A stretch of 61,207 bases of DNA, filler included, from Sphacelaria rigidula (lineage: Eukaryota): the NCBI GenBank assembly GCA_964200075.2. It is 6 parts of 6 records of this genome, joined end to end, with 100 filler letters (N's around TTAATTAATTAA, not from the genome) between each part and the next. Parts side by side here need not be neighbours in the genome. Positions count along the whole stretch, not along the records: positions 20,438 to 30,555 come from CAXNAA020007099.1; positions 30,656 to 40,773 come from CAXNAA020007100.1; 4 more parts are not named here. One strand, 5' to 3'. Positions 25,077 through 37,100 of this stretch are shown piece by piece. The position numbers were made by a program, and so were the translations under genes. The notes under the pieces are model-generated. The model ran no database searches. It saw only the letters and a list, made by a program, of their open reading frames with translations, and was not told the origin of the DNA. Every line of letters starts with the position of its first letter. Position 1 is the stretch's first letter.

Positions 25077-25322
25077 TGTAGCCAATTATACCGAACCGTA
25101 GGTTTCAATATAATCGCACGCATGATTGGAGTAGTCGCAGGGGACAGGGGATCCTGGATTGATGACCCTTATTATCTGTGTGGCCCCTTGCTGTCAGGCT
25201 CTTGATGTGGGCTGTCGAGGATCACTCCGTGATAATAACAAGTGAGAAGAAAGGACTTGTCGAGCACGAGGCCAGTCCCTCGTGGATAGACCTCTTGTCC
25301 AGATCGTCTGGCAGAGGCTGTA
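25077..25322 (+). repeat. 3' LTR of the scaffold-3 Gypsy element
   Basis: Its last ~55 bp match 20438-20507 and it begins TGTAGCC after a G-rich tract. Confidence 0.85.
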
Positions 25323-25861
25323 GGTCCATAGCTTTGTGCAAAAAATCAGGGTCTAACTCCTTGAAACGGCGGGAGGTTTTGTCGATGAGTGTTTTTTTGG
25401 ATGATGGCGTTAACCAGCTCGTATTGACGCGTAAACAATCGAACACAACGAGTTGATCGAAGCGTACTGAAGCCCTTGATATCCCTGACTAGGATATATA
25501 GATGTGTAGCTGTAAACACACGCCAGTGATGGAGGTAACGAAGAGCACACACGGAATGAAAAAATGGCTAAGTTAAAGCGACGAATGATCAAGGCCACTC
25601 TCAGTCAGCGCTCTACTTTCAATCTCACGATAACGTTGTTGTTTGTTGCATGAACCTGTGGGAGGACGTCGATAAAATTTATCGATGAGTGTTTTCCAAC
25701 ACCCAGTATAAAGGACGTGACGCGTTCAATTACAGGTCACTAAACGATAGAAGAAGTATCTCAGAAACACATGAAAAAAGACAGCTATAAATATCACTTT
25801 CGAATGTCCGCAACGATCCCTTCAAGAGGGACTCGGGGTGCATCGAAGGGCGGGGTGCTGC

Positions 25862-26190
25862 TGTGGAGGTCGTTCTATGGAATGTGCAGAGATTACTTGT
25901 ATGACGTGTAAACCGGTGACGAAGCGGGTTCAGGAGCAGATCCAACCATGGACTGCTCGAGAGGCCCGAAACTCTCGATTGAGTCTGTACAGCCGAATTC
26001 CCGGGACCCTAAGCAACAGTTTCAACCGTACAAGAGCCCCACATAACAAGAGCCACCGTTAAGCCCTGGGGAGTCGTTCCAACGATCCAACAACACGATA
26101 CAACACGAGCCATTCTGTACCCGGTGCAGAGGTTGACTCCAAGAAGAGCCCAACCTCTTGACTACGGTCAATCCTTGCCTAAATAAAAAG
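25862..26190 (+). repeat. Probable truncated LTR related to the LTR ending at 27048
   Basis: Starts TGTGGAG like the scaffold-2 LTR. Shares CCCGAAACTC..TCTGTACAGCCG..GGGACCC and ACGGTCAATCCTTG with 26785-26975. Confidence 0.5.
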
Positions 26191-26212
26191 GTTGATGAAA
26201 GATCATCGTTAA

Positions 26213-26408
26213 AACACGGGTTTTTACAAATTGAGGATGGATTTTGTATGGAGGATGAGAAACCCGGAGAATTAAAATCTTCGTATCTACACCAAATCTT
26301 CGGAATATGGCTTCATTTCTTCACTTGCTGGTAGCTTTTGACAACTACTACACGCCATACAAATTTGGATTTCGATAACCCAAATGTTGGGGGTCCTGGG
26401 TGAATACC
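26213..26408. mobile_element. Single arm of the MITE family seen at 39883-40313
   Basis: Aligns to 39883-40075 (GACAACTACTACACGCCATACAA.TTGGATTTCGATAA). Confidence 0.8.
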
Positions 26409-26759
26409 CCCCTTTTGGGGGGAGGGGGGGTGATACGAGGGGACACGGTGGTTTCGGTCAGCGCTGTGAGCTCAATCGGTAAAATGCGCTGAAGAAATAT
26501 CTACGCGATCGAGGTGCATTAGGTCGACAAAACAGTCGTTGGACACCATCGCTGAAAGTGTGGGGGAAAGCACTGTTTTGGGCTTGAACCTCATTTCATC
26601 GTACAACTTCATTTTTTAAATTTGTCTGTTCGTTGATGATACGCCCGAAAGATCCAGGGAGCCTCGTGATGATTTCCCTTATATCTGCTGTAAAAAAGCT
26701 CAAATCGTCTTCAAACTTGGCAGCTCCGTAGGTATTTATGCTCCAAATAGTGAACGGCT

Positions 26760-29340
26760 GTTACAGGGGTAGTTTTCGCAGGAGCCCCGAAACTCCCATA
26801 TCTGTACAGCCGGATCTGGGACCCCAAGGTAACAGGAGTCTTCCCAGCGAACTGCTGGCTGTCCCTGGGGATCACTTAGACTTCAATGTCGTCTTCGGTT
26901 GAACTCGCTCGCGCTGGTCGAGTTTCCCGAGTGATCTTCTTGCCTCAACCCCACGACTTACGGTCAATCCTTGACTACATAACCCGAGGAAAACCATCGG
27001 CCACCTTCGACGGTTTCTACCGTCACTGGGAGTCTCACGACTTCCACATTGGCAACACCAGTTTTAGACAAGTGTGCGAGACACTCGGACATTTTCTTTT
27101 CTTCCCCGTTATACGTCATTCATCATGGGGAGGAACAGCAACAAGAACAACGGCGGGTTAACGGACGCAGGCGCAGGCGCGTCTTCGTCGTCTCCTGCCC
27201 AGCCGACGGTTGCTCAAGTAGCACGGGCACCGGCTCTGGCAAAGTCAGCGGCTCCGGCTGCAGCCCCCGCCTTGTCCAAGACTGGGGTTTCTACACCCCC
27301 TCGGAGAAAGAAAACGACAATGGCAGAAGGAGGGCGCGCGACCCTGAGGGGAGGAAACGCCCCCAGCAGGGGCAAACGGCCGGCAACGCCAGCAGCGACG
27401 GTGGCAACCGCTTCACTGTTCTCCGCGAGGAGGATGAAAGCAGGACCAGCGTCGCCGACACTGATCCCGAAAACGTGGGCAGGCCCTCTTCAACTAGAGC
27501 CGTAACGTTTTCCGACTCAGTGCCAGGTCACATCGGGGAAGCAGCTCTTCAATTTGCGTTGAAAACTATCGAGCAGCATTTTGAAACAGGGACGGACCCT
27601 CCTCAGTGGGCTTTGCGAGCGCCGGGGATGCTGGACTCCCCTCATGATGTGACCCAACAGGTTCATCAGGTGAACAATAGAGCGGTAGCTGAACAGGCAA
27701 ACCCAGAGGTATAAGTTGTGAGGGGTGGTTCGGTACAGCCACGTCACGGTAATCATGTAACTAATGACACGACGCCGCCAAGCTCTCGTAGGGTACTGGC
27801 TCCAACCACGCCACCTCGATTGTCCCGCGCGACTAATAACAATGTAGAAAATCAACTCACTGTACCAAATCATTCTCCCGGCACAAACTCTCAAGCCTCG
27901 CCGACTTCCCCCCAAGTTCACCCCGAGCAACGTAGGTTACGCGTCCCCCATGAACCAACAAGTGATCAGTAATCCTCAGGCATCACCTCACATGCCTGGC
28001 GGCAATTGTTCATTACAAGGGTGACAACATCAGGCCTCCTCGCACGAAAACCAAACTCGATCAAGTGCTATCGACGATATAGTACACACGCCGCGATTTA
28101 CGCTTAAGAAAAACGATCTCGCTTCTAACATGGTTTTTAGAGGACTACCATCCGAAGACAATCCAACTATAATGCGACAGTACCGTTCCCGAGTTGAAAT
28201 TAGCTCGCAGGATCAATGCACGCGAGAAGAAATCGGTCGCCGATGCATCAAGCATTTACAGCTCTTACTGAGGGACACAGCCCTCTGCGCTTACACGGAT
28301 CTCGTAACCGGTACTTTGGAGTGGCGGACAGAGGCGAATCCGAAGCCCTTCGGGCACAAGGAGGTGAAGTATCTACCCGGGCCCCCACATCATGGGACGA
28401 GTGGGTTGATGCTTATACGATTTTATACTCTCCACCTAATCGCATAGCATCCCTCGCTCGGGCTACAGCGGAGCTGAAATTTAAGGACCACCACACTGTA
28501 GACTCCTACGCGCAAGAAGTGTCCAAAGCACACTCTCTCGTTTTACGCAGAAGCCGCGCGAGTCACGCCACATGGGAGGGACCCAGTTAGCTTCGCGCGG
28601 GAAGCCAGCCGAACGGCTGCTTTTGAACCAGGACTACCGCCACATATCAGAGTTGAAACCGTACGAGAAGATCCAACTCGTAGCTTTCAAGTTGCAAAAG
28701 CCCGCGCCAAAAAACATGAAACCAATAATCTGCGCGGGACCCAGCCCGAAATTCGTCGCCGGTTTTTAAGTCATACAAGTGATCACTCTGCACTTACAAT
28801 AAAGCGACTTCCACAGTACTTCGAAACTACAAAACTTGTGACGTCAATTGTGCAGCAGTTAGCATCCTTTGCTCAAGGCCGACCAAGCCAATCGCGAGGT
28901 ATTTCCAACATGTCGATCCAAGCATAGCTATCGCGGCACCGCAGAAAAGTCGATCACCACTCGTTCTTTAGTCGGCACGTACTGCCTGCATTTTACTCCA
29001 GAGAGGTCGAACAGTTTCCGTGAAGCTGCCATGCTCTTCGTGTGGTGGTACTGCCGGGAAAAAAACGAACACAAGGCAAAATTTGGGCAGAGTACAAGAT
29101 TTGAGGATCGACAAGCCGACTGCCACCATGTACGATTGTAGATGGGTGATTCTATCCATCAAGTCGGCGAAGCACTCAAGACTCCGATGTGTCCTTGGCA
29201 CGAAACCGCGACATTTTCGACGGCGCATCGGTTACTCAGAGAAGTAGCTTTACAGACTGGAGCACACGAATCAAGAAACTGAGCAAATTACACTCGATTT
29301 GGTTGCTTCGAAGGCACGCTATAAGGAAAATGACAACAGA
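26760..29340 (+). mobile_element. gag: Truncated Gypsy element (LTR 3' part, PBS, decayed gag) related to the scaffold-2 element
   Basis: The LTR ends TTCCACA at 27048, followed by PBS TGGCAACACCAG (compare TGGCGACACCAG). The peptide AFEPGLPPHIRVETVREDPTRSFQVAKARAKKHETNNLR matches AFETGLKPRIRVEMVREDSTLYFQTATARVKKHEQNNLR. The left boundary is uncertain. Confidence 0.82.
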
Positions 29341-29448
29341 ATGTCATCGACACCCGTTGATTGTGTCTGAGCAGAAACCCAAGAGCGATTGACTGAATAT
29401 ACCCGCACCGCCGCGCTCCCCCCCCCCGACCCCGCTCAGGCTGCGTAC

Positions 29449-30157
29449 CTTGTCGGAGAGGTAAACGACCTCTGCTATTCCGCTTTGAATGATGAGCTTG
29501 GCACACTCGTTGCAGGGGAACAGCGCCACATAGATCTGCGACCAGCGTTGAATGTTCAAGCATACAAGAGTTGAAGAGTTGATAGACCAGCAGTGAAGAG
29601 GGAACGAGGACCAGCGGCAGCCAGGCCATCAACGAATTCCAGGATGTACGTGTGATCCTCCAAGACGGGCGATGCGATTTTGACTCCTGAGGATACATAT
29701 CTGTCCCATCAGTTCGGCAGGAATAAGTTGAGAGGGTTCTACGGATGGTGCACTGTTTTTGCTGCACTCGAGAGCACGCTCTTGAGTTCGGGTTGGGGCA
29801 AGTTCTGGCTGTGGAGAGAGCACAAACCTGACGTTCGTGGGGTCCCGTAACCTTACCATGAACAGCTTCCACGAAGGATTTCCATCAGCATAGGGCAGGT
29901 TGCCTAGCTGACTTCTTGTGTTATCCACGCGGGATTACTCTTTACCTCAAGTGGCCTGCGTGTGCTTCACACTGCATCGACGAACTCAGATTCAACCAGC
30001 AAAACACGAAGACGGCCCTCGCGGTAGCCAACCTTGCGTTGAAGCACAGCGTTCTCATTGACAGGTCAAAACTAAACATCAATCTTCTCACCGAACAGCC
30101 CTTCACGTCCGCGCTGTTCTTGTTGAGAATCGCATTCATCTCCGCGTGGCAGACATA
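29449..30157 (-). CDS. DCTD: dCMP (deoxycytidylate) deaminase, two internal exons (30092-30157, 29449-29535)
   Basis: Spliced peptide [51 protein letters not shown] carries the HAE and PCxxC zinc motifs. Borders are canonical AG/GT, phase 0. Confidence 0.93.
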
Positions 30158-30555
30158 CTGTGCCCCGTTCCCAGACAATTCACAAGCCATGGACAACGTA
30201 CAAGGAGAACACGGGGACAGTTGCACGCCGTTCAGCGACAAGGGTAAATTGAGCACCAGATTTCACCTATGCGACAAGACCTCGCGGGCGTTTCTAGCGT
30301 AGATGTACACCACGCGTATATGACCAGCACCGGAAAAGTGCGACATTTTACCGTAGCGTCACATAGCGCTTGAACTGTTTGGCTTGCAACATGGAACATG
30401 CGGAAGTACTAATACGGTACGAGCAACGGGCTTTGGGCTTTGAAATGCCATGAATAAAGATCATTTCTCAGACGGATTGGGGGGGGGGGGGGGGGGTGTT
30501 GTTTTGTTGGTCCCCCCCGGGGTGGGAATTGGTTTCTCGATTCTGTTCGTATGGG

Positions 30556-30655
30556 NNNNNNNNNNNNNNNNNNNNNNNNNNNNNNNNNNNNNNNNNNNNT
30601 TAATTAATTAANNNNNNNNNNNNNNNNNNNNNNNNNNNNNNNNNNNNNNNNNNNN
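30556..30655. other. Artificial scaffold linker
   Basis: N44-TTAATTAATTAA-N44. Confidence 0.98.
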
Positions 30656-30875
30656 GGAGCCTCTGAACCAGACAAAATTTCGCGAAAAAAGTGCACCCCT
30701 ACCGTAGCATTGCTCCAGTGAAAACCGCGGTTTCGGGTGAGAAGCCTCAGCTCACGCTATGCACCTGCTGCGAAGTTCGCAAGTACGCAAAGTACTAACG
30801 TTAGATGGTACGCTCTGAGCTTGACGATATATGTCGCACGCCCCCTGCTCGTCATTGCCATCTTGAACATTTCAG

Positions 30876-33800
30876 GTGTTTATCCCGCATGACGGTAAGA
30901 GGTTACGCCTCCGCAACACCCCTCGAGATGGAGATAGTATGGACGTCGGTCTGAAGCTTGGGGCCGATAAACGCGTTCGTCTTGTCACCAATGAGTTGGT
31001 GAGCGCGAGCACATAACGACAGCAAAACGCCCAATCAGCGTATGGTGTTGTTTTCGGCACTCCTCCAGCGTGGTCTGGTGCGATCGTCGTGTAGTTCACT
31101 ACGTTACGAAGTATATGCGAAAATGCTTTTTTTTCTTCAAAAGTGGGGAGGTTGAACCTTCCGCAGGCGTTTGTTTGGAGGAAATTGTTCATGATGCACG
31201 CGAGGAAGAGTTTGTGCTGAATATATTTCAATACTAGAGCGCATTTTGGACCATGGCTTGACGAGATTTTACTGAAGGTTGCACCTGCGAACATTTCGCG
31301 CAACAACCTTACAGTAGCAAGCTCGAGATCGATTCAAGAAGCGGTGTAGACTTGGCTCGATGAGGACCGATGGACGCATAACGCGTGTACATCCTGGGGT
31401 AGTGCTTTAACGTCTCTTGGTCGGGATGGTCAGTGTCCATAATGACGTCGCAGGTGTTGGCGTCCTTGGAGCTCTTGATCCCAACGACGACCCCTACCTA
31501 TGTGTTCAAGCGCAAGGGATGTTTGAGAGTCTATTCACTTATTTTTGATATGGGGTTCCTCGCTCAGTGGGTTCCAGTTGGGTGCAGCATTAGTCCAAGC
31601 AATCGGTGAGCTCCTCCAGCTCCGTCTCGAAAGGGATGCATGGTCAATGCGGTCAAACGACTAAGGCGAGCAACAAATGAGCACCCCCCCCCCCCCGCAC
31701 TCTCCAGCAATTAATATCTCCTTATTTCTACGTACGCACAAGACGACCAACGCGTCGAGTGTATTTTCCAGCGGACACCACCGGACCGATCATTGTTCGA
31801 CTATCAAAACAACCGTACTCGAATCCTCAAAAGGCTGTCAGTCGTTACGAGGTCCAATCTGTCAGGGCCCATCGTACTCTTCTTGCCCTCCATGATCCAT
31901 GATTTTCAAGGTACGCTGCTATATATGTGTTAATGGTCGTGCTTTCTCAAGTTCGCGAGCTTTTGAGGCAGTGGGCAAAAATTGAGTACATGTCGTCGTT
32001 TGTCCTGTGTTTCACTCAAGATCATTCGGCAAACGTTTCATTCTTGCATTGACTGTTATGATATTGATAGCCTCCGTGGTTGCAGGCAGAACCGTAATTG
32101 CAGAAAAATATGAGCACCGTCATGGTGCTCATGAGGGAGGAGGTGTCTTGTCTCTGAACGTCCCCGCAATATGTGCGTTCAGCAAATTTATGAATTTCCT
32201 TCACTATCTACCGTTGCCCCGGGGTTATCACGACAGGTCTACACCAACAAAAAACACTTGTTGGACGATGTTCACGGTGGCAGCAGCGACGACGAAGATG
32301 GACGCGGGCCCAAAATGGTGTATTTTGACCTCAAGGTACACACACACGCCTCGTTATTTCTGCCCCTAGATATCGCATGTATCTAGAACCAAAGCTGCTG
32401 GACACACACACACACAGCGCCGCTACAAGCTTGATGTCAGAGTGAGGCGCTGTAGTAGCGACGAAAATTTCTTGTCCTTTGACTGCGCAGTCGAGGACCT
32501 TCAGGGCAGGATGCGCGCGGAACATTCGCCTTTCAGAATTCCTCAACTGATCAAGACTACGTTACAACAATCAGCGAGTTTTCCATTCAAGGGGAGAGAA
32601 AAAACATATCTCCCACCCGTGTCCGCCACCCCGATGAACCGTTTCAGGGAAAGTGGTGAAATGAGAGGTCTCGCCTCGTGGGTGCTAACGGTGTGCGTAT
32701 GACCCCCAGGTATCCCGATGCTTGTTCACTGATCCTGGAAGTGTGTGTTTCGTCCCAAAGCTATGCGCTCGCGGAAGGCCCCAGTAGTTTTGGAAGTAGC
32801 ACCCGCTCGGTTCGGAACAGCGGAACGCGCAATTTTCTCGGGGAATTCTTTCTACTCTGCTCACTATTTTTCGTTGGTTGTAGGGTATTTCCGTGCCCCG
32901 TACTCCTCAAATAGGGAAAAATTCAGCGCATCAGATAAGAGTGACACAGTATGCGATGGCCATTCAGTCGACCCACGATCGCACATCGTACATCTGCCAA
33001 TCTCACGACGTGTCACCTCTGATCCAACTCGGTGGCCGTTGTTTTTGGCCTGTTGTCCCTTCCCTCGCCCTCCCCGTGTGACAAAGGCATACGATTCTCG
33101 AGGCAATGCTTTGCAGGACGAAACACCTGCTAGTGGCGACGAGAGCCCCCTGGAGGCGCCCGGCTGGGAGAAGCTTAAGGATTTGGCGCTTGAGAGCAGG
33201 TGTGCAGTGCGAGATACTCGAAGTGCTCTCAACAGAGCAGATTGTACTGTCACGTTTTGGGGGTTATCTGATAATTTTGCGCACATCGAAGGGAAGCTAA
33301 AATGCCGTCACGGCTCTAATCTCTGGAGCTGAGAACAACCGATTAGATATCTTTGTACGTGACTCCGGTTGTTGATACGCATTTCGTTTTGAGCCGCCGG
33401 TGATGTGGGGGGGCGTGATGTCCCTCATGTACAACTTCGCTAGCGTGCCAGCTTGTCGGGCTCCACTCGACAGGTTGTGCGAACTACGTATACGTTTTTC
33501 GGCAAATTGAACCTCCCAGAGACAGTGGATACATGCCACTTCTCGCAGTTACTGTACTGTACAGTGCCACACAACACCGCCTGGGTGTCAACTTAGGCGA
33601 CGTGAGCAGAGGACCACGGAATACTTTCGATTAGATAGCTTATTCTTGCCGAGATGCAGGCAGGGTTATTCGAGCTTGCTGTACGACCATGCCCACGGGT
33701 GCGTTTGTCCGACATCATTCGGAGTCTACCAGTACTGTTTTTGCCGTACTGAAGTTAGGTCTCTCCTACATCCGTCGTCCGAATTCAGAGGAATCTTTCT

Positions 33801-34002
33801 CTAAGCAAACAAGAGAGGATCAAGGATCAAGTGCGAGAGGGCTTTCCGGCTTGTCATCACCCTCCCTTGAACCATGTCACCCACCGCATTCCTTTTGGCG
33901 TGACCAGCGTGGTCTTGTGTACATACCCATGCTGCCTTTGTAGGGGTTTTGTGGTTGTTATTCTTGAACACGGGTTCGAGAGATCGGGCTAATGTGACGA
34001 GC

Positions 34003-34045
<43 letters not shown>

Positions 34046-34079
34046 GAATAACAATAACAATAATGATAATGATAATAAT

Positions 34080-34112
<33 letters not shown>

Positions 34113-37100
34113 CATAATCATAATCATAATCATAATCATAATCATAATCATAATCATAATGATAATAATGATAATAATAATGATAATAATGATAATAATG
34201 ATAATAATGATAATAATGATAATAATGATAATAATGATAATAATGATAATAATGATAATGATAATAATGATAATAATCAGAAAAAGAAGAAGAAGGAAAA
34301 GAAAAAGAAAACGAAAACGAAAACGAAAACAAATCTTGAACAAACTCGTTATACTCTTGTAGGAATTCAGTGGTAATGTGACGTCATTAACGGTGGAAAG
34401 CGCTAGCGTAAAACTTTCATGGCTGTATCGGACATCTGGGAAGAAGGACAAACGCTCGATCGTATGCCCGATCACACTCGAGATTGCGGGGATAATGCAC
34501 GACAACGCTGTTGGAGTAGTCAGCGTGTCGGAGCTCGTGCTCAGTACGCTATCTTGAAATATACACTTCAAGGAGTTGCCTCCGCTCTCGTTGTGAAATG
34601 CGCTCCCGTATCCCTACCTTTAGTGATGGTGTGACGTCCTCAACGGAGCAAAGCAGCAGTACCGAAAGCTCAACGGCTACTTCGGAGAGCGGAGAAGAGG
34701 GGCAAGAAAGCGATGCAACACCACAGAGGCCGCGAACACCCCCCAAGCCTAAGAAACCCACGAAAAAGACGACGAAGCCCAAACCCAAGGTGACTGAGGT
34801 TCGTACTGGCCGAATCAAAGTGTGGGTTCCACCGTCCGAGCGTTATACCTCGACCGTATCATCTACGATTTCGGTCCGATTTGCGGAGATCACAAATCCC
34901 TGCTTCCATCTCTCACTTGGCTCTGGATGGCCTAGGTCGACAAGAAATTCACGTGCTTCAGGTCGATCAAGATTCCCTTCTCACCTACCAGGTGCCCTAT
35001 TTCGATCATGTCCACGTCGAGTTCCGTCGGAGTCGCACCTATCAAGCACGCTTGCCCTTAGTTCCTCGCTTCGGTCCGCAATCCCCCCGGATTAAAAATA
35101 TGTGCGATTTTTCACCCTCCGGTAGTCCAACGTCGACCGCGTTGACTACCGTTTTGATCGAAGTTACACCTATCGATCGCGCTTGACTCGAGCGAAACTT
35201 TCGGGTTCTGACACCCCACGTCGATAAGCGATCGTCGTCAAAGCCCCTGTTAACAGTGGATCCTCGAAAATGGGGCTGAAAAGGAGATGACGTTCAACTC
35301 AAAAGCCGTGCTTTCCCTGACCTAAATTCACGACAAATAACTTTCATACGGACGACCTCATCCCTCCCGACCTCCCTGAAACTATTTCGGGGGATTTCTG
35401 GCCTTTCGTTTCACCAAAGCGTACGTGCGAAAGCACACTTTTGCCTCGATTTCGTGGTGAAAAAAGGACGCTTTTTGTCCCAAACTTCCTGCTGTCGCAC
35501 ATACCCTTTAGGGGAACGGAAGGCTAGAAATCCCCCGAAATAGTTTCAGCGAGGTCGGGAGGGATGGGGTCGTCCATATGAAAGTCATTTGTCATGAATT
35601 TAGGTCAGGGAAATCACGGCTTTTGAGTGAACCCCCATTTTCTTTTTCAACCTCATTTTTGAGAATCCCCTGTTCGTTGCAACACTGGATTCGAAGCGAA
35701 ATAGATCTCGACCATCACAGATCGTACAGCGCGATAGCGGAGACGGGCGCCTGGACCACGGGTGGGGTGGGAGTGGGGGGGTGGGGGGGGTAGGTTGCGA
35801 TAGTTAGTGAAAAATATCCTCAATAGCAACGGGGGACAATGGCGCACTGGGTGCGAAGAAAAACTCGTAAAAAGCTACGGTAACGATTACGGCCACAACA
35901 GGGGATGTGGGCGGGACGTTTGTTAGTGTTGCACCGATTGGTAGCGATGACTCAATTAATCACGTCGTGCAAACGCCCTGTGAAAATAAATAATTAAGAT
36001 GCTTGGGCTCAACTGGGGTACGATTTCACCTTTCGGACTCCCTATCTCAGCGGTATATATGTTATTTTCCATATCAGATTTACCTCGATCTATACCTTTT
36101 TAACTGAACCCACCGCTTTGGTCCGGAAGTGCAGCGTCAACAACCAATCGCCACACTTAAGCCAAATTGATGCGTGTATCTCGTCTTCCTCGTGCCATAT
36201 CTCGACAGGATTACCTTCGGGTTTCGATCGTAGTCGGACCGATCGATAGCCCTTGCTTGCATAGGCCGATAGCTTTGGTCGAGATACGTTACGCGAACGG
36301 GTGGTGAAACATTTTGTGTATTTAATAATGTATATTCTGGATGTATAGAGCTCCATGAGTTATTGAACAACGTCCGAATCCACACGCCAACGGGTGACTT
36401 TTTGAACGCTTAGGCAAACGTCAAACGGCCACCGCCGTCTCTGAGCAGTGATTCGGAGAGCACCAACATGTCACTTGTCACCGGAGACAGCGATGCGAGT
36501 TCTCTAAGAAAACCGCCCCCGTCGAAGAAACGGAACGCTCACGTGCAGGCTACGGATAAGGGGTGGGACGCATGGCGAAAAGGGCCGAAGGTGGGCATAC
36601 GGTACACGGATTCACACCCCAAGACAGCTTCGGCGCTTCACCCCAGCGTTTTTCACAAGCACACGGTACACAGCACATTTCGCCTGTTTCACTTCCTCGT
36701 GAGGAGAAGCAGCGGGCCTTGCTTTTCTTTGGGCAAAACTGTCCGTACGCAAATCGTAGGTCAAACAGCGTTCCTGCTGGAGGAATATGACTGGGTAGTT
36801 AACCTTACTATTGTTGCGGAGTCTATAGAAACCCTACACGTATATTTAAATATTTTTGTGCCAAGTAATGCATCCATAGGAATGCTTCCCGAGTACTGCC
36901 GCCCCGCGCTCTAGTCGTACTCCACGCCTTTGTCGTGTGTAATACGCAGCACGATACGCGTTGGCACGTACTGCCACACCTCGATCCCTTGATGTAAACG
37001 TTGTACCCGCTTCCTGCTACATTTCCCCTGCTCCATCATGGCAGCGTATATACGGTCTCCTTCGCCCCCCCCCCTTCATTGTCAGCGGGAACTTTCCCCA

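Larger units (their letters stand above)
20438..25322 (+). mobile_element. Internally deleted, decayed Ty3/Gypsy LTR retrotransposon (chromodomain type)
   Basis: The 5' LTR remnant 20438-20507 matches the end of the 3' LTR 25077-25322 (TGTAGCC...GGCTGTA). Contains gag with a CX2CX4HX4C knuckle, protease LILDSG, the RT N-terminus, integrase and a chromodomain-like tail. Confidence 0.92.

Noticed and set aside
33801..34571. Poly-Ile, poly-Tyr and poly-Cys ORFs
   Set aside because: They are translations of an intronic microsatellite.
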